DNA from: a virus
Strand: one strand, 5' to 3'
IMG/VR virus record: IMGVR_UViG_3300015242_000025
Span: 3,476 to 67,475 of that record
Length of the DNA stretch: 64,000 nt
The notes beneath the pieces were generated by a model that ran no database searches, was not told the origin of the DNA, and saw only the letters and a list, made by a program, of their open reading frames with translations. The translations under genes were made by a program, and so were the position numbers. Shown here one piece after another: positions 46,724-57,292 of this stretch; within the stretch, counting starts at the first letter, position 1, and each line of letters starts with the position of its first letter.

Positions 46724-48508
46724 GTGGCTGATGAACTTGTCACCGTGCCACAGGATTTGACGCTTCTCAGCGACCAAGATTTGGACACGCTGCAGGTCAA
46801 TGCCGTTGCTGAATTTGATCGAATCAACGGTGATGAGAACGTCACGCCTGATGCAGTGCAATATCAATTAAATTTGGCCAATGATATTGACCGAATTCGT
46901 GCGGAAGTTGCGGGGCGCGCGGCGCGTGCAACGCAAACTGCTGAACAAGAGCGCGCACGTTTGATTGAACAAAGGGCTAATCTTCAAACTCGCGTCCATG
47001 GTGCTACCGAGGGCGGCGATAATGAATTAGGCGATGGCAATAGGCCCGCTGCCGTTGTAGATGTTGAAGCAATTGCCCGCGCATCTGCAGAAGGTGCCAC
47101 CGCTGCACTTGTCGCCGCTCTTGGTGAAAGACGCGGACTTGATGCTAATGCAATTAGTAAGCGTGCAACTGCAACGCTTTCTGAAGCACGGCGTCACATT
47201 CCCGCTCCCGCAATTCCTACGCCACGTTTAGCTGTTACTGCTGGCGTAGATATTCCGGGTGTTGCTCGCGGTGCAGAAATGACATCTTTAGATGATTTAG
47301 TTTCTGCATTCCAGCGTGCGGCAAAAGGCGCTCCGGTTACCCGTGATGGTATTGGTCAAGAGCGTTTAGTTGCAACTATTAATAATCAATTTGAACATAC
47401 TGTAGATGATCGTACATCGCCTGCACAGATGGAAGAATTGATTAATTATTTGCGTCGCCCAGAGAAGATGAATTCTTTGGTTGCCGGTGGCGGTTGGTGT
47501 GCACCATCTGAAATTCGTTATGAGTTTTTCAATGTAGCTTGTAATGATGGTTTAATTGATTTGCCAACTGTTGGTGTTACGCGCGGCGGTTTGCGATTCC
47601 CGGTTTCACCTTCAATTGCTGATGCTTTTCTCAATGGTGCCGGTGCAACTGTTGGTATGGCTGGATTTGCTAAGCCTGGATTTGATTATACTTCTGATCC
47701 TTGGCTATGGACTGAAACTACCGATATTTCGGCAGTTACTGGTAATCCAACTAAACCAACTATGCGTGTTCCTTGTCCTTCATTCACCGATGCTCGGTTA
47801 GAGTGCTACGGTATTACGCTTACCGCTGGTAATCTTACTGATGATGCTTACCCTGAATCTACTGCCAATACGCTTAAGCTTTTGCTTTCGGCTTGGGAAC
47901 ATGCGCAGAATGCGCGTATTATTTCTCAGATGGTAGCACTTTCTAGTACCGCTATTACTGGTATTGGTTCTGCTACAAAGCCTGTTTATAATACTGTTCT
48001 TTCTGGTATTGATTTAGGTGCTACGGATTACCGTGCCAAGTATGGTATGTGTGATGCCGATGTATTAGAAGTTGTTGCACCATATTGGGTTAAGGATCTT
48101 ATTACTGCAGATCTCGCGTGGCGTACTAAAGTTGAATTACTTTCAGTTACTGATGCGCAAATCAATGGCTATTTTGCTGATCGTAATCTCAGTGTTCAGT
48201 GGGTAAATGATTGGCAGGTAAGAGGTTCTGGTCAGTTTGGAAATGTCACTACGCCAATGACTGCGTGGCCAACTAGTGCACAGTTTATGGTATTTGCTGC
48301 TGGTACATTCATTAAGGGTAATGGACTTACGCTAGATCTTGGTGTTGTCCGTGACTCTGTTTTGAATGCTGCTAACGATTTTACTGCCGCATGGTCTGAA
48401 GAATGCCATTTGGTTGCAAAAGTTGGGCATGAGTCCAGGCTTTATACATTGGCCTTTGGTGTTGGCGGATTTGACGCTGCTCCTGAGACTCTTGCTGCAC
48501 AGATTTAA
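46724..48508 (+). CDS. major capsid protein with N-terminal scaffold-like domain
   Basis: LVAGGGWCAPSE..Y, DLP.V...RGG, PCPSF...RL, LDLGVVRDS.LN..ND; biased codons, AAGGAG RBS. Confidence 0.9.
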   Translation: MADELVTVPQDLTLLSDQDLDTLQVNAVAEFDRINGDENVTPDAVQYQLNLANDIDRIRAEVAGRAARATQTAEQERARLIEQRANLQTRVHGATEGGDNELGDGNRPAAVVDVEAIARASAEGATAALVAALGERRGLDANAISKRATATLSEARRHIPAPAIPTPRLAVTAGVDIPGVARGAEMTSLDDLVSAFQRAAKGAPVTRDGIGQERLVATINNQFEHTVDDRTSPAQMEELINYLRRPEKMNSLVAGGGWCAPSEIRYEFFNVACNDGLIDLPTVGVTRGGLRFPVSPSIADAFLNGAGATVGMAGFAKPGFDYTSDPWLWTETTDISAVTGNPTKPTMRVPCPSFTDARLECYGITLTAGNLTDDAYPESTANTLKLLLSAWEHAQNARIISQMVALSSTAITGIGSATKPVYNTVLSGIDLGATDYRAKYGMCDADVLEVVAPYWVKDLITADLAWRTKVELLSVTDAQINGYFADRNLSVQWVNDWQVRGSGQFGNVTTPMTAWPTSAQFMVFAAGTFIKGNGLTLDLGVVRDSVLNAANDFTAAWSEECHLVAKVGHESRLYTLAFGVGGFDAAPETLAAQI

Positions 48509-48553
48509 GTGGAGGATTACACACTAGTCAAATGGAATAGGGGTGAATAACAA

Positions 48554-49477
48554 ATGGCCAACATGAGGCAAATTGTTGATCCGCCATCATTCACGCCTAT
48601 TCCATTTGGTTTACTAACTACTGTTGAGTTTCCAAATACACCAGATGTTCACTGGCAGAATGGTATTACATATCAACCCGTATGTGGTGTTGCCGTAACA
48701 GGTCTAGGCGAATTAACATATGATGAATGTCTTGCTGTTACGGGCAGTGGAGGAAATCCACCGCCACCTCAAGCATTTTTCAATTCAGTAAGTGTAGGAC
48801 CAAGAGGCGCAACATCATTTGTTGCAATGGTTGAATTTGATTGTTCAGCTGTTGGTAATGAGCAAGCTCAATTAACAGCTACTAAAGCTTTATCTATGGC
48901 TGAACCTTGGCAAGTTGAACGTGCATTTTGGACTGGTGTTGCAAGTGGACAGTCAATTGTATTTCCTCATCTTGCAGCTAATGCACAAGTTTTAGATTCA
49001 GATGGAATTCTTTTACAAGATCCAGCAACAATTGTTTCTGGTGCTGGTGAAACATTTCCTCTTAATATTGAACAAGCATTAGGTGAATTAGAACAAGCTA
49101 TTGCAAATTGTTATGATGGTGTTGGAGTTATTCATGTTCCTGAATTACTTCTACCAACAATGGATGCATGGGGAGTTATTAAACAAGTTGGTCCAGTAAT
49201 GAAAACAGCTAATGGAAATAAAATTGCTGTTGGTGCTGGATATGATGGAAGTTCCCCAACCGGTGCACCTCGCGGACCAAATGCCTGTTGGATGTATGGA
49301 ACAGGAAATGTATTCGGATATCGTAGTGATATAAGAGTACGTGCGCCACAGGGTGCACAATCATTTGATAAAGCAACAAATACAATGAAGCTTATTGCCG
49401 AACGTACTTATGTACTCGGTTGGGATTGCTGTCATTTTGCAGTCCAAACTAATGTTGGCGTCCCGAAGGGAACGTAA
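48554..49477 (+). CDS. virion structural protein (capsid-associated)
   Basis: PFGLL, HW.NG..Y...C, VERAFW, GVIHVP, T.NG....GAGY, N....AERTY; follows MCP. Confidence 0.7.
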   Translation: MANMRQIVDPPSFTPIPFGLLTTVEFPNTPDVHWQNGITYQPVCGVAVTGLGELTYDECLAVTGSGGNPPPPQAFFNSVSVGPRGATSFVAMVEFDCSAVGNEQAQLTATKALSMAEPWQVERAFWTGVASGQSIVFPHLAANAQVLDSDGILLQDPATIVSGAGETFPLNIEQALGELEQAIANCYDGVGVIHVPELLLPTMDAWGVIKQVGPVMKTANGNKIAVGAGYDGSSPTGAPRGPNACWMYGTGNVFGYRSDIRVRAPQGAQSFDKATNTMKLIAERTYVLGWDCCHFAVQTNVGVPKGT

Positions 49478-49479
49478 TT

Positions 49480-50157
49480 ATGAGTTCAGTCTGTGCGGTC
49501 CCTATCAAGGGAACGTCAATGCGAATTGTGCAACTTGACGTTTGTGGTAATCCTGTTACCGGCGCGTCAAGTCACGTTATTGTTGCTGCATTTTCTCAGG
49601 TAGCTATGGCTCCTCAGTATGAAGATGGTACTGAGTTTTTTGAGAAAACTGCTGATGGTTTAATTTGTGTCAATCAGAAAGACCCGCCAATTCTTAAGAG
49701 AATGGCATTGACGGTTGACTTGTGTTCTGTCGATCCTGATATGACACCATATGTTTTATCGGCTCGAGAATTAGTAACTTCTGGTCCTGTTTCTGGTTAT
49801 GGTTTTGGACTTTCAGAAGGTCCATCTACTGCTCATTATTCAATGGAAGTTTGGCAGAGAGTTGCCGGTGCCGGTGCATGTTCTGCTGGCGGAATTCAGC
49901 AATACATTTATAACGCATGGCCTCATTGTTATAATACGCAAGTTGGTTCGTACAATATTTCTAATGATAAATCAACTATGCAGTTTATCTGTGATACAGC
50001 TGCAGCCGGTCCATTATGGCTAGATGGCCCGGGTACTGGCACTAGTTATTTGCCTGCAACTGGTACGACTTCTGCATTAACTACTGAACATTGGTTATGG
50101 AATATTACAACTACTACTCCGCCTGTTCCATCTTGTGGTTCTGCACTTTTGACATAG
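49480..50157 (+). CDS. major tail (tube) protein
   Basis: R...LDVCG.P, YEDG.E...K.A.G..CV, L..C.VDP, MEVW. Confidence 0.75.
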   Translation: MSSVCAVPIKGTSMRIVQLDVCGNPVTGASSHVIVAAFSQVAMAPQYEDGTEFFEKTADGLICVNQKDPPILKRMALTVDLCSVDPDMTPYVLSARELVTSGPVSGYGFGLSEGPSTAHYSMEVWQRVAGAGACSAGGIQQYIYNAWPHCYNTQVGSYNISNDKSTMQFICDTAAAGPLWLDGPGTGTSYLPATGTTSALTTEHWLWNITTTTPPVPSCGSALLT

Positions 50158-50166
50158 GGGTTTTAA

Positions 50167-51117
50167 ATGAGTCTTAACGGTAATGCGGGTTTTGGTGGTG
50201 TGCTGAAGTCGCGTGTTATTCGCGCGCCAAAACCGCATGCCGTAAAGACTCTGCGAATTCCAGGTTTAGGTCGCGTTGCTTTTACTAAAGATCCTGGTGA
50301 TAGCGGTTTATTTGCGCGTCATTATTTTGAAACGCAACTGACCGCTTATCACAGGAATAGTAAAGGTGAATTACTTGATGAAAGGGATTTAGGTTCTGGA
50401 TTAGTCACTAACGTTGGTGTACTTTCCTTAGCCAATGATTCTCAATGGGCAATTACATCAGCTACACCAATTAATATTTTAAAAATTGCCAATAACCATG
50501 CAACTGGTACACAAGTTGTTGGCGCTGCAACTGCAGCAGTAACTGATATTAAACTTGTTACACCATCAGCAAATGGTGGCCAAACAATGGTCGCTGGTGT
50601 TCAAACTATGATTCCCGGTACAAATGCCGGAGGAACTGGCACTAGCACAACAGGAACTAATAAATATCAAACTGTTGCAACTATTAACTACACTGGTACT
50701 GAAGCCGTTACAGAGTGGGGTTTGTTCGGTAATCTCGGTGCAATTGGTGGTACTGCATTATCATCTTCAACGGGTTCACCATTTACAGCGGGTAGTGCAA
50801 CAACAGGTACTGTTACAGGAACTCCATTAACTGCTTCATCTTCATCCGCTCAGGGACAAGCTAATACAGTAATTGAAAATACTGGAAATGCTACTCCACA
50901 TTGGGGATTAATTCTTTCTAATACTACTTCTATTGTTACTGTTCCGGCTTGGTATAAGGTTTCTGATAGCACTGCTGCTGGTGTAACTCCAGCTAACACA
51001 AACACTTATGTTATTCGTCCTGTTCTTTGGGATAGAAAAACTTTTGCTGCTATCAACGTTAACAACGGAGATTCAATTCAATTTACATATCAATTGACGC
51101 CTAATCAAGGCGGATAA
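50167..51117 (+). CDS. structural protein, fibre-anchor-like
   Basis: LVTNVG, AVTEWGLF, DR..F.AINV.NGDSIQFTY; Thr/Gly-rich insert. Confidence 0.6.
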   Translation: MSLNGNAGFGGVLKSRVIRAPKPHAVKTLRIPGLGRVAFTKDPGDSGLFARHYFETQLTAYHRNSKGELLDERDLGSGLVTNVGVLSLANDSQWAITSATPINILKIANNHATGTQVVGAATAAVTDIKLVTPSANGGQTMVAGVQTMIPGTNAGGTGTSTTGTNKYQTVATINYTGTEAVTEWGLFGNLGAIGGTALSSSTGSPFTAGSATTGTVTGTPLTASSSSAQGQANTVIENTGNATPHWGLILSNTTSIVTVPAWYKVSDSTAAGVTPANTNTYVIRPVLWDRKTFAAINVNNGDSIQFTYQLTPNQGG

Positions 51118-51495
51118 GTGACAATTTACAGAACGTCATTATCATCTGTTCATCATAATATTGATCCTAATAACTACGCTTATACTGATACAGTTGTTGG
51201 ATCAGCTGGAAAAACTTTAACTATTACCGATCTACACATGAGTAGTTTTGGTTTTTTCCTTGTTCAATTAAGTTTCTCTAACGGAAGTGGAGATGCACCA
51301 CAATTTGCTGTTGGTCCAGATAATCAAGTAAATCTTTCTGGAATGATTAATGGTCCTCATAATACATTCGGTGGGTCAGACGGAGATTTAAGGTTGCTAT
51401 TACAATCTCCTGATTATGGTCTACTACAAGGAAGTTATTCAGGATACTCTAATTTACCTGCATTTAATTTTTATATTGCTGGAGAATTAGTGTAA
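51118..51495 (+). CDS. hypothetical beta-rich structural protein
   Basis: V..AGKTLTITD; position. Confidence 0.5.
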   Translation: MTIYRTSLSSVHHNIDPNNYAYTDTVVGSAGKTLTITDLHMSSFGFFLVQLSFSNGSGDAPQFAVGPDNQVNLSGMINGPHNTFGGSDGDLRLLLQSPDYGLLQGSYSGYSNLPAFNFYIAGELV

Positions 51496-51500
51496 ATACA

Positions 51501-51755
51501 ATGTCCACGAACGAACATAAATTTAAGCTTAACAAAGATGGTTATTTAGAAATAGACCTGTGTTCTGAGCTTGGATATGCTAATGAACAGATTATTCGCA
51601 TTACAATAAATGGAATATCGTTTAAAGCTAAATATAGTAATAGAAATAATCTTTTTACTAAAGTTCAAACAGAATTTATAATTGTTCGTACAGGTAAAAA
51701 ATTTAAAATGATTGGATTTCCTCATCAAACAGTATTTTTTACAATAAAGACTTAA
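51501..51755 (+). CDS. hypothetical protein
   Basis: ORF in operon. Confidence 0.45.
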   Translation: MSTNEHKFKLNKDGYLEIDLCSELGYANEQIIRITINGISFKAKYSNRNNLFTKVQTEFIIVRTGKKFKMIGFPHQTVFFTIKT

Positions 51756-51763
51756 GGAGAAAA

Positions 51764-52033
51764 ATGGCTAATCCTATTATTAGTATTGCTGCCAATAAGA
51801 GTTCATATGCAATCGGTGAACTTATGACGGTTACTGCTACATATTCTGATCCAGATGCAAAAACTATTGTTATTCATGGTACAGCTATGGATGCAGAAGG
51901 AAATGTTACGCCGGCAACCGTTAATGTTTCTTTAGCTGATCCAGTAACTGTTGTTATTACTGATGATGGTAATCGTACATGGACAAAGATTTCTGATTCC
52001 GGTTCTGTAGCAGTATTTACAGCTACGGCATAA
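51764..52033 (+). CDS. small Ig-like structural protein
   Basis: NKSSYAIGE.MTVT.TY.DPD; AAGGAG RBS. Confidence 0.6.
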   Translation: MANPIISIAANKSSYAIGELMTVTATYSDPDAKTIVIHGTAMDAEGNVTPATVNVSLADPVTVVITDDGNRTWTKISDSGSVAVFTATA

Positions 52034-52036
52034 TTA

Positions 52037-52936
52037 ATGGTTAATATTACAGGAAAAGGAACTGATGCAGAAGGACATATAACTTCTGTATCTATTTCTG
52101 TTTCTGTATCTTCTCCAGCTCCTACTGGGTTTCCTGATGCATCAAATACTGGTGTTCCAGTTGGTACTATATTACAGAGAATTCCTGAAGATATTACTTC
52201 AGGCGCGGGTTGGCATTGGGATACTCGCGGATGGGTAACTATTGACGATGCTGGTGCAGTTTTTGATAAATACTCAGTTAACTCAGAAGTTGATGCAACA
52301 GCTGATGGTATAACTATATCGAGATGTAGAATTATTAATAATGGAAATGTGTTTGGTGTTGGATTACGCCATTCTAATAATGTAACAGTTCAAGACTGTA
52401 CTATTTCTGGTCCTGGAAATGGCGGACCAGATAATAATCGTTTAACAACTGGAATTAAAGATGTTTATGGAGATATATCAGGAACAGTAATAAAACGCTG
52501 TAATATATTTGATTGTGCTGGTGGTATTGCACTACATAAAGGTATCGTTCAAAATAATTACATTCATGATATGGGCTATAATACTGTAGATCATGTTGAT
52601 TGTTATCAATCATTTGATGTTGGACCATTAGAAATTTCTGGGAATACATTCTTAAATGAATTAAATCAAACAGCTTGTATTCTCCTACAGTGGACTAATG
52701 CTGCACTTTCTGGCGTTAGAATTCATGATAATTTATTTGCAGGAGGAGGATATTGTATTTACGGTGGAGATAATGCAATTGATGTTAAAATAACTAATAA
52801 CAAATTTTCAACAAGGTTTTATCCTAACGGCGGTTATTACGGATATGTAGCACACTGGCAACCAGGAAATACAGGAAATGAGTGGTCAGGAAATACTTGG
52901 TATGATGGACCAAATGTTGGTCAAGTAATTAATTAA
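52037..52936 (+). CDS. right-handed beta-helix (pectin lyase-like) protein
   Basis: GFPDASNTGVP.G, repeated V.I.N..I, NNYIHD, H.D..Q, GGGY.IY. Confidence 0.78.
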   Translation: MVNITGKGTDAEGHITSVSISVSVSSPAPTGFPDASNTGVPVGTILQRIPEDITSGAGWHWDTRGWVTIDDAGAVFDKYSVNSEVDATADGITISRCRIINNGNVFGVGLRHSNNVTVQDCTISGPGNGGPDNNRLTTGIKDVYGDISGTVIKRCNIFDCAGGIALHKGIVQNNYIHDMGYNTVDHVDCYQSFDVGPLEISGNTFLNELNQTACILLQWTNAALSGVRIHDNLFAGGGYCIYGGDNAIDVKITNNKFSTRFYPNGGYYGYVAHWQPGNTGNEWSGNTWYDGPNVGQVIN

Positions 52937-52949
52937 AGAGGATGGATAA

Positions 52950-53216
52950 ATGAAAATCAGTGTTATACAGACTAACAGTGCTGAAGCTGATATTGATGGA
53001 AACTCATCTTTACTTATTGATGCTCCGCCTAATACTATAATTTTAAGCGGAGGATTTTTTATTCATCCTGGATATCCATTTAGAATGTTAGTTAGTAGAC
53101 CAGTTAATACTGAACCTGCTTTTGGTCCACCTACTTCTTGGGAATTTTTTGCTTCTGATGGTGCAGAAGGAGATATATTTGTTGGATATGTTGTATGTGC
53201 TAGTTATTTTATTTAA
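52950..53216 (+). CDS. hypothetical structural protein
   Basis: ILSGGF...SRP...W...YVVCA motif seen in small fibre-tip-like domains. Confidence 0.5.
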   Translation: MKISVIQTNSAEADIDGNSSLLIDAPPNTIILSGGFFIHPGYPFRMLVSRPVNTEPAFGPPTSWEFFASDGAEGDIFVGYVVCASYFI

Positions 53217-53244
53217 ATAAAATGAGCCTTTAGGACGGTTTTAA

Positions 53245-55221
53245 ATGACCGTCTCTCTAGATACTTCTCTTGCAGAAGTATTATCAATTTCTAATAATAA
53301 TAATGTATCAGCACCTTTTAGTCCTGCTGCTGGTACAACTCTGTATGCAGTAATTACTACTAATAGACCAAGTGCAGGAGGATCATTAGTAGCAAGTGTT
53401 TCTGGAGGAGCATTAACCTGGGCAAGCATTGCTTCTATTTCTGCTTCAACTGGTGGAACATCTGCAGAAGTATATAGAGCATTTTGTGCAACTGCTCCGG
53501 GATCAATGACAGTTACAGTTGTTCCTAATGCAGCGGCTAATGCTGCTGGCTGGGAAGTACGTTGCAATGTAGTACAAGTAACGGGGGATGAAGGCGCTAC
53601 ATATACAGGAAAAACAAATACATCTTTTAGTGCATCAGGCTTACCTTCTGTTGTTTTAACTGGAGTTTCATCCGGATCTAATGTATTAGTTGCTTGTGCA
53701 GATTGGGCAAATTTAGCAGTCGCGACTTTACCTGCTGGACAAATATCTATTTACGATGTTGTAGATTCAGAATATACTTCTCATAAATGGAAATTAACCA
53801 GTAATACTAGTTCATCTGGTAATGTTACGATGAATGCTACCGCTCCAACAGGGCAACAATTTCAAATGGCCGCTATTGAAATTAAATCTGCTGGAGGAAC
53901 TCAATTTACACAATCTGTTTCAGGTACAGTAGGGTTTACCGGTGCTGATAATACCTTAACAAAAAAGACACATTCTTTGGCAACGTTATCATTTACTGGA
54001 GTACGCACAGCAATAACCAGAAAAATTCAATCAGCTACATTGTCGTTTACTACAGCACGAAATGAAGTATTAAGAAAAACAATGACAGCTGCAGTTTCAT
54101 TTACTACTGCTATGCCATTATTAACTAGGTCAAATCGTACTGCATCATTATCATTTACTGGGTCACAGACTAAACGTATAGTTAAATCTGCACTAACTGC
54201 AACAGTTTCATTTACTGGGTCAATGACAACTGCGGCAGTGCATCATTACACACAAGCGCTTAATGCAACATTATCATTTACTGGAGCACAGATAAATGGA
54301 ATTAAAAAACTCAGTACAGCAACTGTATCTTTTGTTGGTTCCAATATCAAACGTGTCCAAAATAGACAGTCTTCATCTGTCAACTTTACCGGTAATCAAT
54401 CACGTAGAATTTCAAAAATCCAAACAGGAAATATCTCTTTTACTGGAACCATCAATAGTAGACTGACTAAAGTATTATCAGCAACAATTTCCTTCACAGG
54501 AAATATGACGTCTGCTGCTGTTCATCATTATACCCAAGCATTAAATGCAACCATAGGGTTTACAACTTCTTTTACTACAGCAGTAGTACATTTCTTCACA
54601 CAATCATTATCAGCTACATTAAGTTTTACTGGTAATCAAACAAAGAAAACATTGAAGTTATTATCGGCAACGATTTCCTTTACTGGTAGTTTGTCTCGCC
54701 GAGTCGGCCACGCTCTATCTGCAATGCTTGCATTTTCCGGAGCGGCCGCGCGCAGTGTCCACAGTGGACTGTCTGCCTCCGTTGGATTCGTCGGCGTGCT
54801 GAATAGACGGATTACTAAATCATTGCCAAATTCAACATTGTCATTTACAGTTAGTTTTGTTGGAAGCGCTGCTCACTTTTTCACACAAGCTTTAAGTGCA
54901 ACACTTTCATTTACTGGTAATTTAACATCACATAGAATTATAGTTAGATTGCTTACTGCGACTGTTTCATTTGCAACATTGTCCAGTAAGAAAACTAAAC
55001 ATGTGTTGTCTAGTACAATAAGTTTTATTGGCTCTATGAACAATAGAATTCCTGTTGTGTTCTCAGCTGTATTATCATTCACTGCTAATCTTGGAATTAT
55101 ACCTCATATTATTTCTGGATTATCTAATTTAAGAATTAGAGTTTTTGGCAGAGAAACAAATGAAAATATTTCAGGCATAGAAGATGAAGGACCGATATCA
55201 GGGGAGGAGCCCGGAACATGA
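53245..55221 (+). CDS. repeat-containing fibre protein
   Basis: N-terminal beta domain, then ~21 repeats of 18-22 aa with core ATLSFTG. Confidence 0.7.
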   Translation: MTVSLDTSLAEVLSISNNNNVSAPFSPAAGTTLYAVITTNRPSAGGSLVASVSGGALTWASIASISASTGGTSAEVYRAFCATAPGSMTVTVVPNAAANAAGWEVRCNVVQVTGDEGATYTGKTNTSFSASGLPSVVLTGVSSGSNVLVACADWANLAVATLPAGQISIYDVVDSEYTSHKWKLTSNTSSSGNVTMNATAPTGQQFQMAAIEIKSAGGTQFTQSVSGTVGFTGADNTLTKKTHSLATLSFTGVRTAITRKIQSATLSFTTARNEVLRKTMTAAVSFTTAMPLLTRSNRTASLSFTGSQTKRIVKSALTATVSFTGSMTTAAVHHYTQALNATLSFTGAQINGIKKLSTATVSFVGSNIKRVQNRQSSSVNFTGNQSRRISKIQTGNISFTGTINSRLTKVLSATISFTGNMTSAAVHHYTQALNATIGFTTSFTTAVVHFFTQSLSATLSFTGNQTKKTLKLLSATISFTGSLSRRVGHALSAMLAFSGAAARSVHSGLSASVGFVGVLNRRITKSLPNSTLSFTVSFVGSAAHFFTQALSATLSFTGNLTSHRIIVRLLTATVSFATLSSKKTKHVLSSTISFIGSMNNRIPVVFSAVLSFTANLGIIPHIISGLSNLRIRVFGRETNENISGIEDEGPISGEEPGT

Positions 55222-55574
55222 TTGGTAATTCACCCTCAGTTGAAATTGGTCCATTTGTTGTAGGTGAAAAGCCTATGATTCTACGATATACTTTTGAGGA
55301 TTCTAATGGAAATCCTCTTGACTTAACTGGTTACACAGGGAAGTTTAGTTATCGAGAAAATAGTTGTGGTGTAGGGACAGCAGTAATACGTAATGCTGTA
55401 GTTATTTCTCCACAAACAGATGGAAAAGTTGAGTATACTTGGCAAGGTGATGAATTTCCTACACCAGGACATTATATTGCTGAATTGTGGGTAGGAAATA
55501 ATGCACAACGTTTTGCATCAATTCTTATCAAGTTTGATGTTCGCATTCCTGTTGGTGTAGTTCCTGTTATATAA
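55218..55574 (+). CDS. BppU-N-like structural protein
   Basis: D.NGNPLDLTGYT, GKVEYTW...F.TPG.Y.AE. Confidence 0.65.
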   Translation: MIGNSPSVEIGPFVVGEKPMILRYTFEDSNGNPLDLTGYTGKFSYRENSCGVGTAVIRNAVVISPQTDGKVEYTWQGDEFPTPGHYIAELWVGNNAQRFASILIKFDVRIPVGVVPVI

Positions 55575-55582
55575 GGAAAATA

Positions 55583-56002
55583 ATGACTAATCCAGGTAGA
55601 AATGAAATAAAAAGAGCATTAAGGAATGGTAGTTTAATTAAACCTGAACACTGCGAAAACTGTAAAGATAAGTATCCTCCTTATAATATTGTTGCTCACC
55701 ATCATAAAGGATATGACAAATTACATATACTAGATATAGTATGGCTTTGTCGAAAATGTCATCATAATTCACATGGTGGTTGGGATGGTAAAGGTGTAAC
55801 AAAAGAATTATTATCTTCTGTTGCAAAAAGAACTAATGAAAAAATTGGTCATGATCAATTATCCTCTAATGGAAAGAAAGGAATGAAAAAAGCACAGCAA
55901 GTAATGAAACTAAAATATACACAAGAACAATTATCACAAATACGCAGTGCAGCAGCCATTAAAGGTAATAAAATTCGTTGGGGAGATAAAAATGACAGCT
56001 GA
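55583..56002 (+). CDS. HNH endonuclease
   Basis: ALRNG.L.KP..CENC, AHHH.GY, V.WLCRKCH...H. Confidence 0.82.
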   Translation: MTNPGRNEIKRALRNGSLIKPEHCENCKDKYPPYNIVAHHHKGYDKLHILDIVWLCRKCHHNSHGGWDGKGVTKELLSSVAKRTNEKIGHDQLSSNGKKGMKKAQQVMKLKYTQEQLSQIRSAAAIKGNKIRWGDKNDS

Positions 56003-56795
56003 CTTTTCTCCGACTGATCTCTGGCCTTGTTGCTGGACATGTGATGTTATGACAGAGTCTCCTACTGTAACGGGACAGGCTGTTGCATTTGCATCAAATA
56101 CTTTATGGGTATTAACTGGCCGTCAATTTGGATTCACTGAAACTACATTACGTCCATGTCGTGATTGTCATAGAGAAACCCCTTTCCCTGATGGTTGGCT
56201 TTCATGGCCGGGAACTCAGCGACCGCCATTAGGTGCAACATCATCCGGTGGATTTTATGGTTATTGGATCTATGGTGGATGTGGATCTTGTCAAGATAAT
56301 TGTTCATGTACGTATCTTGAACAATTTGAATTATCTGCTCCGGTAAGTTCTATCACGCAAATTAAAATAAATGGAACTATTCTAGATCCATCTTCTTATC
56401 GTTTGGATGAAAGTCGTTATGTGGTTAGGGTTGATGGTGGTATCTGGCCTAGGACTAATAATTTCGCTTTACCTGATACTCAAGTAGGAACATGGTCAGT
56501 TACAGCTAGATATGGTTTAAATCTTCCCGACGGTGCGGCCTGGGCAATTGGTGAATTAGCATGTGAATTCATTAAGGCTGCAAATGGTGAAGATTGCCGT
56601 TTACCACGTACAGTAACTCAGCTTGCCAGACAGGGTGTTACTTTATCATTTCCTAGCATTAGTGATATGTTTGACAAGGGATTAACAGGATTATATCTTG
56701 CTGATATTTTTATTAATACATGGAATCCAAATCACCTACAAGGACGGGCACGTACATATTCTATCGATGGTAGGAAATCCCGGAGAGTGGGATAA
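55992..56795 (+). CDS. head-to-tail adaptor
   Basis: A...LW.LTGRQFG...TLRPC, ELACE..KA, CRLP..V....RQGV, TGL...D..I...NP; start MTADF. Confidence 0.78.
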   Translation: MTADFSPTDLWPCCWTCDVMTESPTVTGQAVAFASNTLWVLTGRQFGFTETTLRPCRDCHRETPFPDGWLSWPGTQRPPLGATSSGGFYGYWIYGGCGSCQDNCSCTYLEQFELSAPVSSITQIKINGTILDPSSYRLDESRYVVRVDGGIWPRTNNFALPDTQVGTWSVTARYGLNLPDGAAWAIGELACEFIKAANGEDCRLPRTVTQLARQGVTLSFPSISDMFDKGLTGLYLADIFINTWNPNHLQGRARTYSIDGRKSRRVG

Positions 56796-57292
56796 TGGAT
56801 ATCTTAACAGTATTACCATTAATCCTTTCTGCTGCAAATGATGAATTGAAATACTCTATTGGTAAATCCCCTGCACGTGTTGGATTAGTTCCAAGCGCTA
56901 TTGCTTGGGATGAATGCGACACGTGTGGATTATTGGCTTTATCAATTAATAGATTTTTTCTTACTGACCAATTCCCTATAGAAGCATCTACATCTGATGC
57001 ATGCGAGGGTGGAGTATTAGCAGCAGATATGATTATGCAGATAATTCGCTGCGCTCCGCAACCAGCGGGAGATGGTAAAAGTTTAGCTCCAACAACTGAT
57101 GCATTAAACAATTCTGCACTTATGATTATTGATGATGCTAAAAGAGTAATGTGTAGTGTTCTTGAACAGTTGAGATCTTTATTATTAGATAATGATATTG
57201 TTGATTATATGATTAGACAGCAATTATTTGTTGGGCCTGAAGGCGCATGTGTTGGTTCAGAACTTCAATTTGTTGTTGGAGTTAATAGATGA
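56795..57292 (+). CDS. tail terminator/neck protein
   Basis: IAWDEC..CG.L, RCAP, GPEGACVG; position. Confidence 0.65.
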   Translation: MDILTVLPLILSAANDELKYSIGKSPARVGLVPSAIAWDECDTCGLLALSINRFFLTDQFPIEASTSDACEGGVLAADMIMQIIRCAPQPAGDGKSLAPTTDALNNSALMIIDDAKRVMCSVLEQLRSLLLDNDIVDYMIRQQLFVGPEGACVGSELQFVVGVNR

